Source: an uncultured Actinomycetes bacterium
Lineage (GTDB): Bacteria; Actinomycetota; Actinomycetes; Nanopelagicales; Nanopelagicaceae
Length of the DNA: 37,355 nucleotides
NCBI GenBank assembly: GCA_903842855.1
Contig: CAIMNT010000096.1
Span: 1-37,355 of the forward strand
Direction: 5' to 3'
In this document: one piece after another, positions 19,090 through 27,550 of the stretch
How the letters are laid out: every line of letters begins with the position of its first letter
Numbering within the stretch: position 1 is the stretch's first letter
Translations under genes and position numbers: made by a program
Notes under the pieces: generated by a model
Databases searched by the model: none
What the model saw: the letters and a program-made list of their open reading frames with translations, nothing else
What the model was told of the DNA's origin: nothing

Positions 19090-20445
19090 ATGAGCTCAAC
19101 TCCAAAGACACTACATATTGTGTTGAATGGAGTCACAGAAGATTCTCGAGTCCTTAAATGCGCTTGGTCGCTTGGAAATGCTGGCTGGGATGTGCTCGTC
19201 ATCGGAGCGACAGCGCAAAACTACTCTGACGAATTGAGCATTGGCTATGCACGTATTTTGCGTTTGCCCCTCAAAATTGTAATTACCAAAAATCAAATTC
19301 CACGCGTGCTTCGCTTCATGATGCGGGGTGAAACGCTGGAGAGGCTGGTTTTGGGATCTTTGCGACGTTTGCGTAAGTATCGCCGCAAATTATTTGAAAA
19401 AGTAAAGGTTAAAGAAGAGGTAGTAGTTCCAAATTTGAATAGGTCGGTAAAGGTAATTACACCAGTCGCTCTGGAGTTTGCACCGGATGTAGTTCACGCC
19501 CATGATTACACAGCTCTACCTATCGCAGGTGCAATCGTAGATAAATTGCGCGCAGCTGGAAAACCGGCCGCACTCGTTTATGACGCCCATGAATATGTTC
19601 CTGGAGTCGCTCATCTCACCAAACCGATGGCCGCGCTCTATACCAAGATCGAACGTCAATATTCCAAGAAAGCTGCTGCCGTTCTCTCAGTGAGTGATCC
19701 AATGAACGACCTATTGCTTGATCAGTTACAAGTAACAACGCGTCCGACAATAGTTGCGAATGATCCATTAGTTGATGGGCAAGAAGTATCTGCCAGAAAT
19801 TTACGTGAAGATATAGGGGTAGCAGCCGGTGCGCCACTTATGGTCTACTCCGGGGCGGTGGCACCGCAAAGAGGAATTCAGACTGCGTTGTCAGCGCTGC
19901 ATAATCTCCCAGGAGTGCACTTAGCCCTCATTGCCAATCCAAAGAACAAGTCGGTGCAAGATTTAGTTGCTAGCGCACCTGAATTAAGCGATCGCTTCCA
20001 TGTAGTGCCATATGTGCCAAACTCTGAATTAGTCTCATATCTTTCAACAGCTGATATCGGTTTGATTCCTATCTTGCATCGCCTCAACCACGAGATCTCC
20101 CTCATAACAAAGTTCGGCGAGTATATGCAGGCTCACTTACCGATCATTGTGAGTGATGTGAAGACCATGTCAGCGGAGGTAAATCGGCTTGGAAACGGGG
20201 AGGTGTTTGTTGCAGAGGATGTAGATGATTTTGTCCGGGCCGCAAAGTTAGTACTCGCCGATCCCGCTAAATATCGCGCCGCCTATACAGGCGAAGTATT
20301 GTCAGAGCGCTCATGGGAGCGTCAGGCAGAGATTCTTCTCGATACTTACAATGCAATTGCGCGCGCCACACCTGTCGCACGAACCCACATGCCATTTGTG
20401 GTTACAGAGCCGGTGGTTCTACAGAGCAACAGTGAAATTGCTTAG
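19090..20445 (+). CDS. GT-B fold glycosyltransferase (GT4-like)
   Basis: 451 aa. Motifs seen: DVVHAHDY..., AHEYVPG, and C-terminal GLIPILHRLNHEISLITKFGEYMQAHLPIIVSD (EX7E-like region). Confidence 0.7.
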   Translation: MSSTPKTLHIVLNGVTEDSRVLKCAWSLGNAGWDVLVIGATAQNYSDELSIGYARILRLPLKIVITKNQIPRVLRFMMRGETLERLVLGSLRRLRKYRRKLFEKVKVKEEVVVPNLNRSVKVITPVALEFAPDVVHAHDYTALPIAGAIVDKLRAAGKPAALVYDAHEYVPGVAHLTKPMAALYTKIERQYSKKAAAVLSVSDPMNDLLLDQLQVTTRPTIVANDPLVDGQEVSARNLREDIGVAAGAPLMVYSGAVAPQRGIQTALSALHNLPGVHLALIANPKNKSVQDLVASAPELSDRFHVVPYVPNSELVSYLSTADIGLIPILHRLNHEISLITKFGEYMQAHLPIIVSDVKTMSAEVNRLGNGEVFVAEDVDDFVRAAKLVLADPAKYRAAYTGEVLSERSWERQAEILLDTYNAIARATPVARTHMPFVVTEPVVLQSNSEIA

Positions 20446-21734
20446 GCTCCAGCTCCAATAACTCGGAAAGAGACTCCCTCAAAGTTCTTACGGTCCATCG
20501 TGCGACGGCCATCTACAATCGCTTGCACTCCAGGGAAATCAGATTTAGTGAGCGATTTGTACTCCTTGTGATCGGCTTGCAAAATTACAGCATCTACCTT
20601 TTGGCCGATTGCGTAAGGAAGAAATCCAAGTCCAACAATCTCTTCGTCGGTATACATAGGATCATTCACAACTACATTCGCCCCACGGGCTTTGAGGGCA
20701 GTTACTACTCCAAAAATTCCAGAGAATGCCGACTCTTTAACTCCACCGCGATATGAAATACCAAGTGCTGCAACTGTCTTTCCAGTGAGATCTCCAAAGT
20801 TATCCGATAATAGTTTTACTGCATGTTCGGGCATGGCAGCGTTCGCTTCACGCGCCGATCGAACGACGGTGGCCTCGGGATCATTCCACAAATAGAAGCG
20901 TGGATAGATAGGAATGCAGTGTCCACCGACGGCGATACCAGGTTGGTGGATGTGGCTATAAGGCTGTGAATTGGAAGCGGCGATTACTTTGGCGATATCG
21001 ATATTTGCACCCTCCGCAAAGATCGCAAACTGGTTAGCTAGTGCAATATTTACATCGCGGTATGTCGTTTCAGCCAACTTCGCCATTTCGCTGGCTTCAG
21101 ATGTGCCTAGATTCCAGACGCCATTTTTCTCAGAGAGGTCTGGGCGATCGTCAAAATCAAGGACCGCTTGGTAAAATTCGATTCCCGCAGCGGTACTTGC
21201 ATCGTTGATACCGCCGACAAGTTTTGGATATTTACGTAGATCGGCAAAGACGCGACCAGTAAGAACCCGCTCTGGTGAGAAGACGAGGTGGAAATCAACT
21301 CCGGCCTTCAACCCTGAACCATTTTCTAGTGCTGGAGCGAAGCGATTGCGGGTTGTGCCAACTGGGAGAGTGGTCTCGTACGAAACGAGTGTTCCTGGCT
21401 TAAGACCTGCAGCAATCTTCTCTGTTGCATCATCCATCCAACCAAAGTCAGGGATCCCATCGTTATTCACGAAGAGCGGAACAACAATCACGACTGCATC
21501 GGATTCACTAACTGCAGCGGTGGTATCCACTGTGGCTACCAGGTGTCCTGAGACGACAACCTCCGCGAGGTATTGCGCTAAAAAGTTCTCGCCAGGAAAT
21601 GGCTCGAGCCCAGCATTGATGAGATCTACGGTCTTCTGATTAACATCGCACCCAATGACTTGGTGACCTTTTTTAGCGAATTGAACGGCTAGCGGAAGAC
21701 CAATTTTTCCTAGTGCAACTACAGCGATCTTCAT
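20442..21734 (-). CDS. wbpA: UDP-sugar 6-dehydrogenase (UDP-glucose/GDP-mannose dehydrogenase family), WbpA/WecC-like
   Basis: N-terminal Rossmann motif MKIAVVALGKIGLPLA and a catalytic Cys region (GGHCIPIYP). Its context with WbpB/E/D-like genes supports a UDP-GlcNAc 6-dehydrogenase role. Confidence 0.65.
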   Translation of the reverse strand: MKIAVVALGKIGLPLAVQFAKKGHQVIGCDVNQKTVDLINAGLEPFPGENFLAQYLAEVVVSGHLVATVDTTAAVSESDAVVIVVPLFVNNDGIPDFGWMDDATEKIAAGLKPGTLVSYETTLPVGTTRNRFAPALENGSGLKAGVDFHLVFSPERVLTGRVFADLRKYPKLVGGINDASTAAGIEFYQAVLDFDDRPDLSEKNGVWNLGTSEASEMAKLAETTYRDVNIALANQFAIFAEGANIDIAKVIAASNSQPYSHIHQPGIAVGGHCIPIYPRFYLWNDPEATVVRSAREANAAMPEHAVKLLSDNFGDLTGKTVAALGISYRGGVKESAFSGIFGVVTALKARGANVVVNDPMYTDEEIVGLGFLPYAIGQKVDAVILQADHKEYKSLTKSDFPGVQAIVDGRRTMDRKNFEGVSFRVIGAGA

Positions 21735-21739
21735 TTACG

Positions 21740-22753
21740 TCAGCGACCTTTCGAAACTGTGACAACCGAACGAGTATTTGCGCTCTCGATCATTGCGCTA
21801 GCCACTCGTACCGTGGCTAAACCTTGCTCCATCGTAACGATCCGTTCTACCGCCCCTGGTAATCCAAGTACGGCATCGCGGAAGGCTTCATGCTCCATCT
21901 TGAGAGGCTCGGGCTTGGCAAATGCGTAGCGGATTACATCGCCCTCACTCACTCCGCGGAAGGAGGCGACCGCATCCCACTGTGTATCCACGGAGGCGTT
22001 GGCATAGAAGGTGAGGTCCGCTGTCAAAGTATCAGCGACAAAAGTTCCACGCTCTCCAGTAACAATCGTGAGTCGCTCCTTAAATGGGGTTAACCAGTTA
22101 ACTAAGTGGTTGGTAATGATGCCATTCTCGAGTTCTCCAACTGCTGCCACCATATCTTCGTGTGGTCGGCCGGACTTGAGGGCGGTCTTTGCCGAAACAT
22201 TGATGAATGGCGAACGGGCAACCCACGCTGTGAGATCGATATCGTGAGTTGCAAGATCTTTGATTACTCCAACATCTGCGATGCGAGCAGGGAATGGCCC
22301 TTGGCGACGTGTAGCAATTTGATAGACGCTGCCCAACTCACCGGCATCAAGCTTTGAACGCAGCTGTTGTAGCGCAGGGTTGTAGCGTTCGATATGACCA
22401 ACGGCTCCTACTAATCCTCTTGCCGCAAAGGCATCGGTAATTCTCTGCGCTGATTCATTATCAACCGCGAGCGGCTTTTCTATTAGTGCATGAACCCCAG
22501 CCTCAGCTAGAGCTAGCGCTAGATCCTCATGAAAAGCGGTTGGAGCTGCAACCATTGCATAATCAATGCCGAGAGCAATCAACTCTTCAACCTGGGCTAC
22601 TAGTGGTCGACTTCCAGCGACCCCGTGTGGGTCGCCCATTGGGTCGCAGACTCCGACTAGTTCAACACCGTCCAAAGAGCCAAGTACTCGAGCATGGTGG
22701 CGACCCATCATGCCAAGTCCTACAAGACCGGCACGTAATTTCTTCTCAGCCAT
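21740..22753 (-). CDS. wbpB: Gfo/Idh/MocA NAD-dependent oxidoreductase, WbpB/WlbA-like (UDP-GlcNAcA 3-dehydrogenase)
   Basis: N-terminal GLVGLGMMGRHHARV Rossmann motif and an EKPLA motif. It sits between the dehydrogenase and aminotransferase genes. Confidence 0.65.
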   Translation of the reverse strand: MAEKKLRAGLVGLGMMGRHHARVLGSLDGVELVGVCDPMGDPHGVAGSRPLVAQVEELIALGIDYAMVAAPTAFHEDLALALAEAGVHALIEKPLAVDNESAQRITDAFAARGLVGAVGHIERYNPALQQLRSKLDAGELGSVYQIATRRQGPFPARIADVGVIKDLATHDIDLTAWVARSPFINVSAKTALKSGRPHEDMVAAVGELENGIITNHLVNWLTPFKERLTIVTGERGTFVADTLTADLTFYANASVDTQWDAVASFRGVSEGDVIRYAFAKPEPLKMEHEAFRDAVLGLPGAVERIVTMEQGLATVRVASAMIESANTRSVVTVSKGR

Positions 22754-22766
22754 GTGATCTGCTCGC

Positions 22767-23849
22767 TTAGATTCTGGTTACAACGTCATTGACGACGCTA
22801 ACAATTTGTTCGAGTTCGGATTGTGTTAGTGATGGGTGAACAGGAATTGAAATAACTTCCTTAACTAATTCCTCAGTCACCGGTAGATCATGAACCGAGT
22901 CGAAGGAAGGCAAGCGATGAATAGGTGTTGGGTAGTAAACATCGCATCCAACCCCACCTGCTTTAATGAGCTCAATCGCTTTATCGCGCGCCTCGCTGGT
23001 GGCACCCTCTAAACGAATTGTGTACTGGTGGTATGAGTGCTCGCTACCTGGGCGAACGTAGGGAGTGATTACTCCCTTGAGGTTGGCATCTAGGTAGGCA
23101 GCGTTCTTGCGACGGGTCGCAGTCCAAGCCTCAACCTTCGTAACCTGCACGCGGCCAATGGCAGCATGGATATCGGTCATGCGGTTGTTAAATCCGACAA
23201 TTTCGTTCTGGTAGCGAACGACTCCACCTTGGTTGCGCAGCATTCTGCTCTGATGTTCTACATCGGCATCGTTTGTAACAATCATTCCGCCTTCACCCGC
23301 AGTCATGTTCTTAGTGGGATAGAACGAGAATGAGGCTACGACCCCCCACTCACCGGCCATACGACCGTTAAGAGAGGCAAGGTGCGCCTGCGCTGCATCT
23401 TCAAAGATAGTCAAGCCATGCTTCTGTCCGATTTCTTCGAATCGATCCATATCGGCGATATGTCCATAGAGGTGAACAGGCATGATGGCTTTAGTGCGTG
23501 GAGTGATAAGTGATTCCACATGGTCAGGGTCTAGGTTGAAAGTCTTCGGATCAATATCGCCAAAGACCGGGATACCACCAGCGAGTGCGACAGAGTTAGC
23601 AGTTGCAGCAAATGAGAATGAAGGAACGATGACCTCATCGCCTGGCTTAATTCCCGCTGCCAAGAATCCCAAGTGAAGCGCGGATGTACCAGAGTTCACA
23701 GCGATGCAACGACGTCCACCTACAAAGCGGGAGAACTCTTCTTCAAAGGCTTTTACTTCTGGACCTTGCGCCATCATTCCACTGCGTAGGACGCGATCTA
23801 CTGCTGCGCGCTCTTCGTCTCCGATGATTGGACGGGCTGCTGGAATCAA
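22767..23849 (-). CDS. wbpE: DegT/DnrJ/EryC1-family PLP aminotransferase, WbpE/WlbC-like
   Basis: MIPAARPIIGDEE..., FEEEF..., SGTSALHL, and SFYPTKNMT (PLP Lys). TTG start at 23849 with a GGAGAAG ribosome-binding site. Confidence 0.8.
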   Translation of the reverse strand: MIPAARPIIGDEERAAVDRVLRSGMMAQGPEVKAFEEEFSRFVGGRRCIAVNSGTSALHLGFLAAGIKPGDEVIVPSFSFAATANSVALAGGIPVFGDIDPKTFNLDPDHVESLITPRTKAIMPVHLYGHIADMDRFEEIGQKHGLTIFEDAAQAHLASLNGRMAGEWGVVASFSFYPTKNMTAGEGGMIVTNDADVEHQSRMLRNQGGVVRYQNEIVGFNNRMTDIHAAIGRVQVTKVEAWTATRRKNAAYLDANLKGVITPYVRPGSEHSYHQYTIRLEGATSEARDKAIELIKAGGVGCDVYYPTPIHRLPSFDSVHDLPVTEELVKEVISIPVHPSLTQSELEQIVSVVNDVVTRI

Positions 23850-23936
23850 TTGACTCTCTTCTCCACTAGGTACTTCTGTTGTACGTTGAATGTCACTTAA
23901 TTTATTCTTACAAATTCGATAATTCCGCTAGAACAA

Positions 23937-23965
23937 TATTTAGTTTTGCCATCTTTGAACTTCAA
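23937..23965 (-). promoter_or_regulatory. Possible sigma-70-type internal promoter in the AT-rich gap between the wbpD-like and wbpE-like genes
   Basis: The minus strand reads TTGAAG-17 nt-TAAATA (-35 = complement of 23960-23965; -10 = complement of 23937-23942). This is a pattern match only. Confidence 0.25.
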
Positions 23966-24001
23966 CATATATCTATGCAATCCTCTGTTCACCGATCTTT
24001 T

Positions 24002-24595
24002 TTATTCCGCCATCAACTGATCTTCCGAGAGCTCTTTGTAATAACTTTGATCCTGCGGACACTGAAACCGACCCCCGCCTAGATCATTGAGGGGTAGACC
24101 AGCCTTACCAACCCAACGGATTCTCTTGGCTGGAACTCCAGCCACGAGAGCAAAGTCAGGGACATCCTTGGTTACGACCGCACCCGCTGCAACTAAGGCC
24201 CATTTTCCGATTGTGACCGGAGCAATGCAGACGGCGCGGGCGCCAATGCTGGCACCATCATGGATCGTGACTCCTACAGCATCCCAATCGCTCCCACTTT
24301 TTAGCGTGAGATCGGTGTTGACCGCCCGCGGGAATTGATCATTGGTCAATACAGCTGCTGGACCGATAAAAACACCATCTCCGAGCACGGCTGGTTCATA
24401 GACCAAGGCATAATTTTGGACTTTACAGTTATTGCCAAGTGTTACGCCGCTACCAATGTAAGCGCCGCGGCCAATAATGCAATTTGAGCCAAGGACGACG
24501 CCATCACGAATTTGGGCTAGATGCCAGATCGAACTGCCATCCCCGAGAGTTGCAGAAGCATCCACATCCGCGCTTGGAAGGATCCTTACAGCCAT
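24002..24595 (-). CDS. wbpD: Left-handed beta-helix N-acetyltransferase, WbpD/WlbB-like (UDP-GlcNAc3NA N-acetyltransferase)
   Basis: SSIWHLAQI..., hexapeptide repeats, FIGPAAVLTNDQFPRA, and KDVPDFALVAGVPAKRIRWVGKAG. This closely resembles the WlbB/WbpD pattern as I recall it. Confidence 0.75.
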   Translation of the reverse strand: MAVRILPSADVDASATLGDGSSIWHLAQIRDGVVLGSNCIIGRGAYIGSGVTLGNNCKVQNYALVYEPAVLGDGVFIGPAAVLTNDQFPRAVNTDLTLKSGSDWDAVGVTIHDGASIGARAVCIAPVTIGKWALVAAGAVVTKDVPDFALVAGVPAKRIRWVGKAGLPLNDLGGGRFQCPQDQSYYKELSEDQLMAE

Positions 24596-24605
24596 AAATG
24601 GAAGT

Positions 24606-25727
24606 CTAGCGGGTCAACTTCACCATCTCTGCGGCAAAAATCGCGTATTCCCGCTCACTATCGAGGTTCTCCGAGGCCCATTTCCTGCCTTGGCTTCGCA
24701 GTAAATCCAGTTCAGTAGGATTTTCTTGCCAACTCTTTAGCCTCGCTGCAACCCCTTGCGGTGTACTTTGGATAGCTCCTGATCTGCTTGCCTCGATGAG
24801 TGCAACACATCGGGGAAGAGGTGTTGAGATAGTCGCCAAACCAACCGCCATATATTCATAGAGTTTGGAGGGTACCGCCTCTACAAATGCTGGCGTGCTC
24901 TCTAAGAGCGATAGTCCAACCCAAGCACCTGCCGCAAATTTCCAAGATTCTTGTGGTGCTAATCTTCCACGAAAATGGACGCGCGATTGGTTTGGATCAT
25001 GAGCGCGTAACCATTGATCCACAAATTCTTGATCACTGCTTGCGACTCCGCCAACAAAATCAAATTCCCAGTTTGATGCAAGTTCGGCCACTTGCAACAT
25101 ATCGTGTAATCCTCGGCTCTTACGTAAATCCCCTATATAAATAGCTCGCGGGGTGGAACTGCGCTCGCCGCTATCCGTCAAGAGCGATGCATCTGGAAGA
25201 TTGCGGACCACTAGCCGATTTTTTGCATCAAAGGGCGGTACTTGAACATCTGCAACGGTTGTGAGATCGGCGTATTTTGCAAACCAGAGCGCTGACTTGG
25301 TATCGCTTTTGGCAATCCAACCGATAATTCCAAAATAGCGTTTCGTCCACGCCCGATCATTGAGAAGTCGCAGATAATCCTCAAAGAAATCAACCGCTAA
25401 TTTTCTTCTCACCAATTTTGCAAAGCCAAAACTAGGAGCGATCGCCTCTGGTGAGATTGCATATATGACTCGCCCTTTGGATCGAAATACAAAGTAACGA
25501 GAGCGGAAATAGCGGGGACCGAGCGAACTTATCTTCCAATGACTCGTTAAAAATGGTTTGCGAATAAAAAGTTTTGAAGTTTGGGAAGGTGCATCTTTGA
25601 GATTTCCTGGTGCAAATATTTCAACGCTCAGCCCCGCCCGTAGCAGCGCTCTCGTTAATCTGTGCAACCGGGCATCGGCAAGACTGGCTCCCGAAGAGAT
25701 GATCGAGATATCGATTTTCTGCGACAT
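24606..25727 (-). CDS. Glycosyltransferase (GT-B/GT4-like)
   Basis: 373 aa. The C-terminal region SKLYEYMAVGLATISTPLP is an EX7E-type motif. It lies in an operon with the exporter and sugar-synthesis genes. Confidence 0.6.
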   Translation of the reverse strand: MSQKIDISIISSGASLADARLHRLTRALLRAGLSVEIFAPGNLKDAPSQTSKLFIRKPFLTSHWKISSLGPRYFRSRYFVFRSKGRVIYAISPEAIAPSFGFAKLVRRKLAVDFFEDYLRLLNDRAWTKRYFGIIGWIAKSDTKSALWFAKYADLTTVADVQVPPFDAKNRLVVRNLPDASLLTDSGERSSTPRAIYIGDLRKSRGLHDMLQVAELASNWEFDFVGGVASSDQEFVDQWLRAHDPNQSRVHFRGRLAPQESWKFAAGAWVGLSLLESTPAFVEAVPSKLYEYMAVGLATISTPLPRCVALIEASRSGAIQSTPQGVAARLKSWQENPTELDLLRSQGRKWASENLDSEREYAIFAAEMVKLTR

Positions 25728-25739
25728 CTGATCGGCGCC

Positions 25740-26549
25740 TTACATATCTTCGTAATTGGAAGGCTGTGATCCAACATTTAAGAATTTGAGGTAATCATCC
25801 ACGATCTCCTCGGGCTTGCCCTTCGCGAGCATTTGGCCTTTGTGCATCCAGATTGCGGTATCGCAGAGATCGGTGACGGTGGCAAGGGCATGGGAAACAA
25901 TCAAAATTGTGCGTGCCTCAGCGCAGAGTTGGCGCATACGTTCAAATGATTTCTCTTTGAATGCTGCATCGCCGGCAGAGAGCGCTTCGTCAAGTAACAA
26001 GATATCGGGCGTCATGCTGACAGCTACTGCGAAGGAGAGCCGTCCATACATACCGCTTGAATAAGTCCGTACAGGTAGGTCGATGAAACCATCAGGCAAC
26101 GCAGCAAAGTCTGCGATCTCATCTGTCTTGTTGCTGATCTCATCCATGTTGAGACCAGATGCCAGGCCACCCAATATAATGTTGTCGCGACCGGAAAGTG
26201 CGGGATTAAAGCCAACGCCCAGCGCCAGCAAGGTAGAAATCTTCCCGTTAACAACTATTCTGCCTTCGGAGGGCGAGAGAATGCCTGCGATACAACGCAT
26301 AAGAGTTGATTTTCCGGCGCCGTTGGATCCGACGATTCCCAGTACAGAACCATGTGGAACATCTAAAGTTAGATTCTTGATGGCTTCGATAGTACGGGTG
26401 CGCTGCTTCTGCTTGAGACTTGCACGCATGACAGCATTTTTGAGCGTGCGTTTAGCTTCGAGGCTTACCTTGTAAGTAATGGAAAGGTCCTCGATGCGAA
26501 TTGCCAGATCTGCTGGCAGCACGACGGGTGACTTAGATACGGATGGCAA
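25740..26549 (-). CDS. Polysaccharide/teichoic-acid ABC exporter ATP-binding protein (Wzt/TagH-like, no C-terminal carbohydrate-binding domain)
   Basis: Walker A GSNGAGKST, signature YSSGMYGRL (LSGGM-like), Walker B ILLLDEAL, and H-loop SHA. 269 aa. Confidence 0.85.
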   Translation of the reverse strand: MPSVSKSPVVLPADLAIRIEDLSITYKVSLEAKRTLKNAVMRASLKQKQRTRTIEAIKNLTLDVPHGSVLGIVGSNGAGKSTLMRCIAGILSPSEGRIVVNGKISTLLALGVGFNPALSGRDNIILGGLASGLNMDEISNKTDEIADFAALPDGFIDLPVRTYSSGMYGRLSFAVAVSMTPDILLLDEALSAGDAAFKEKSFERMRQLCAEARTILIVSHALATVTDLCDTAIWMHKGQMLAKGKPEEIVDDYLKFLNVGSQPSNYEDM

Positions 26550-27438
26550 AATCGCGCTCCCTTGAGATGAAGAAGTAACCGCCGATCATGATCGACGCGA
26601 CTGCCCAAAAAACGCAGCCCACTAATGTTTGTTTATTGAGGGTTTCGCCACTTACCCATACTCGCGAAGTTGCGTTCAGGACGGGACCGAGTGGATTGAT
26701 CCAAAGCAGGGCCTTCATGCCTCCACGCAAGCTATTTGGCAACCAGAGCACAGGCGAGAGGTACATCCAAATTCTGGTGATATACGTTAAGAGCTTGTTG
26801 GTGTCGCGGAAATAAACATTGAGAGTTGCAAAGACAAGTGCCAGCCCAAATCCAGTTAAGCCAGTGCAGATCAAAATGAATGGGATCCATAGGAAGTGCC
26901 ATGTCCATCCCGGCACGATGGTCGTCGGATATGCCCACTTTCCAACGACGAGAACGAAGATATAGACAGGAATTGTTGGGAGAAATTGTTGGAAGGCCTG
27001 AATTGCACATGAGAAAGGCAGGAGCGCGCGGGGAAAGGCTTGATTTAATATCAATCGTCCACCCATGGTGATGGAGAGGGCACCCGCGGTTACGCAGTTC
27101 TGCGCAAAGTAGAAGGTGAAGAGGCCGATCAAAAGGTGATCTAACCGAGTGAGTCCAGGCAGGGTGCCACCAGGGCGGATGATCGTTACAACGAGGTAAT
27201 AAACAAAGCCCAGGAGCAGTGGATTGAGCACTAACCAAACTTTGCCAAGCCGTGAATCTAGGTACTCCGCCTTGTCATTAAACCGCGCTAACTCTGTTGC
27301 AAAGGCGCGGCGCGTCCAAAACTCCTTGATATAGGGAATAAGGGGTGGGAGGGAGGCGCGGTGCGGCTCGAAAACCTGGATCTTGGGGACGAAATTTTCG
27401 TTCACGGGCATAGGGGTAAGTGTGCCATCCCAAGGCAC
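26533..27438 (-). CDS. ABC-2 type polysaccharide exporter permease (Wzm/TagG-like)
   Basis: About 6 TM segments and an ABC-2 N-terminal pattern (YIKEFWTRRAFATELARFNDKAEY..LG..W..LNPLL). It overlaps the ATPase gene by 17 nt. Confidence 0.85.
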   Translation of the reverse strand: MPWDGTLTPMPVNENFVPKIQVFEPHRASLPPLIPYIKEFWTRRAFATELARFNDKAEYLDSRLGKVWLVLNPLLLGFVYYLVVTIIRPGGTLPGLTRLDHLLIGLFTFYFAQNCVTAGALSITMGGRLILNQAFPRALLPFSCAIQAFQQFLPTIPVYIFVLVVGKWAYPTTIVPGWTWHFLWIPFILICTGLTGFGLALVFATLNVYFRDTNKLLTYITRIWMYLSPVLWLPNSLRGGMKALLWINPLGPVLNATSRVWVSGETLNKQTLVGCVFWAVASIMIGGYFFISRERDFAIRI

Positions 27439-27550
27439 TCTCTATGCACAGGCCCATGTGTGAGCCTGAACGCGCCTGCGCCTAAGCCAGCAGAATCCCA
27501 ACATTCGGGCGGTCTTCCACTGCCTATAACTATGAAAGGTGAAAATCCAG

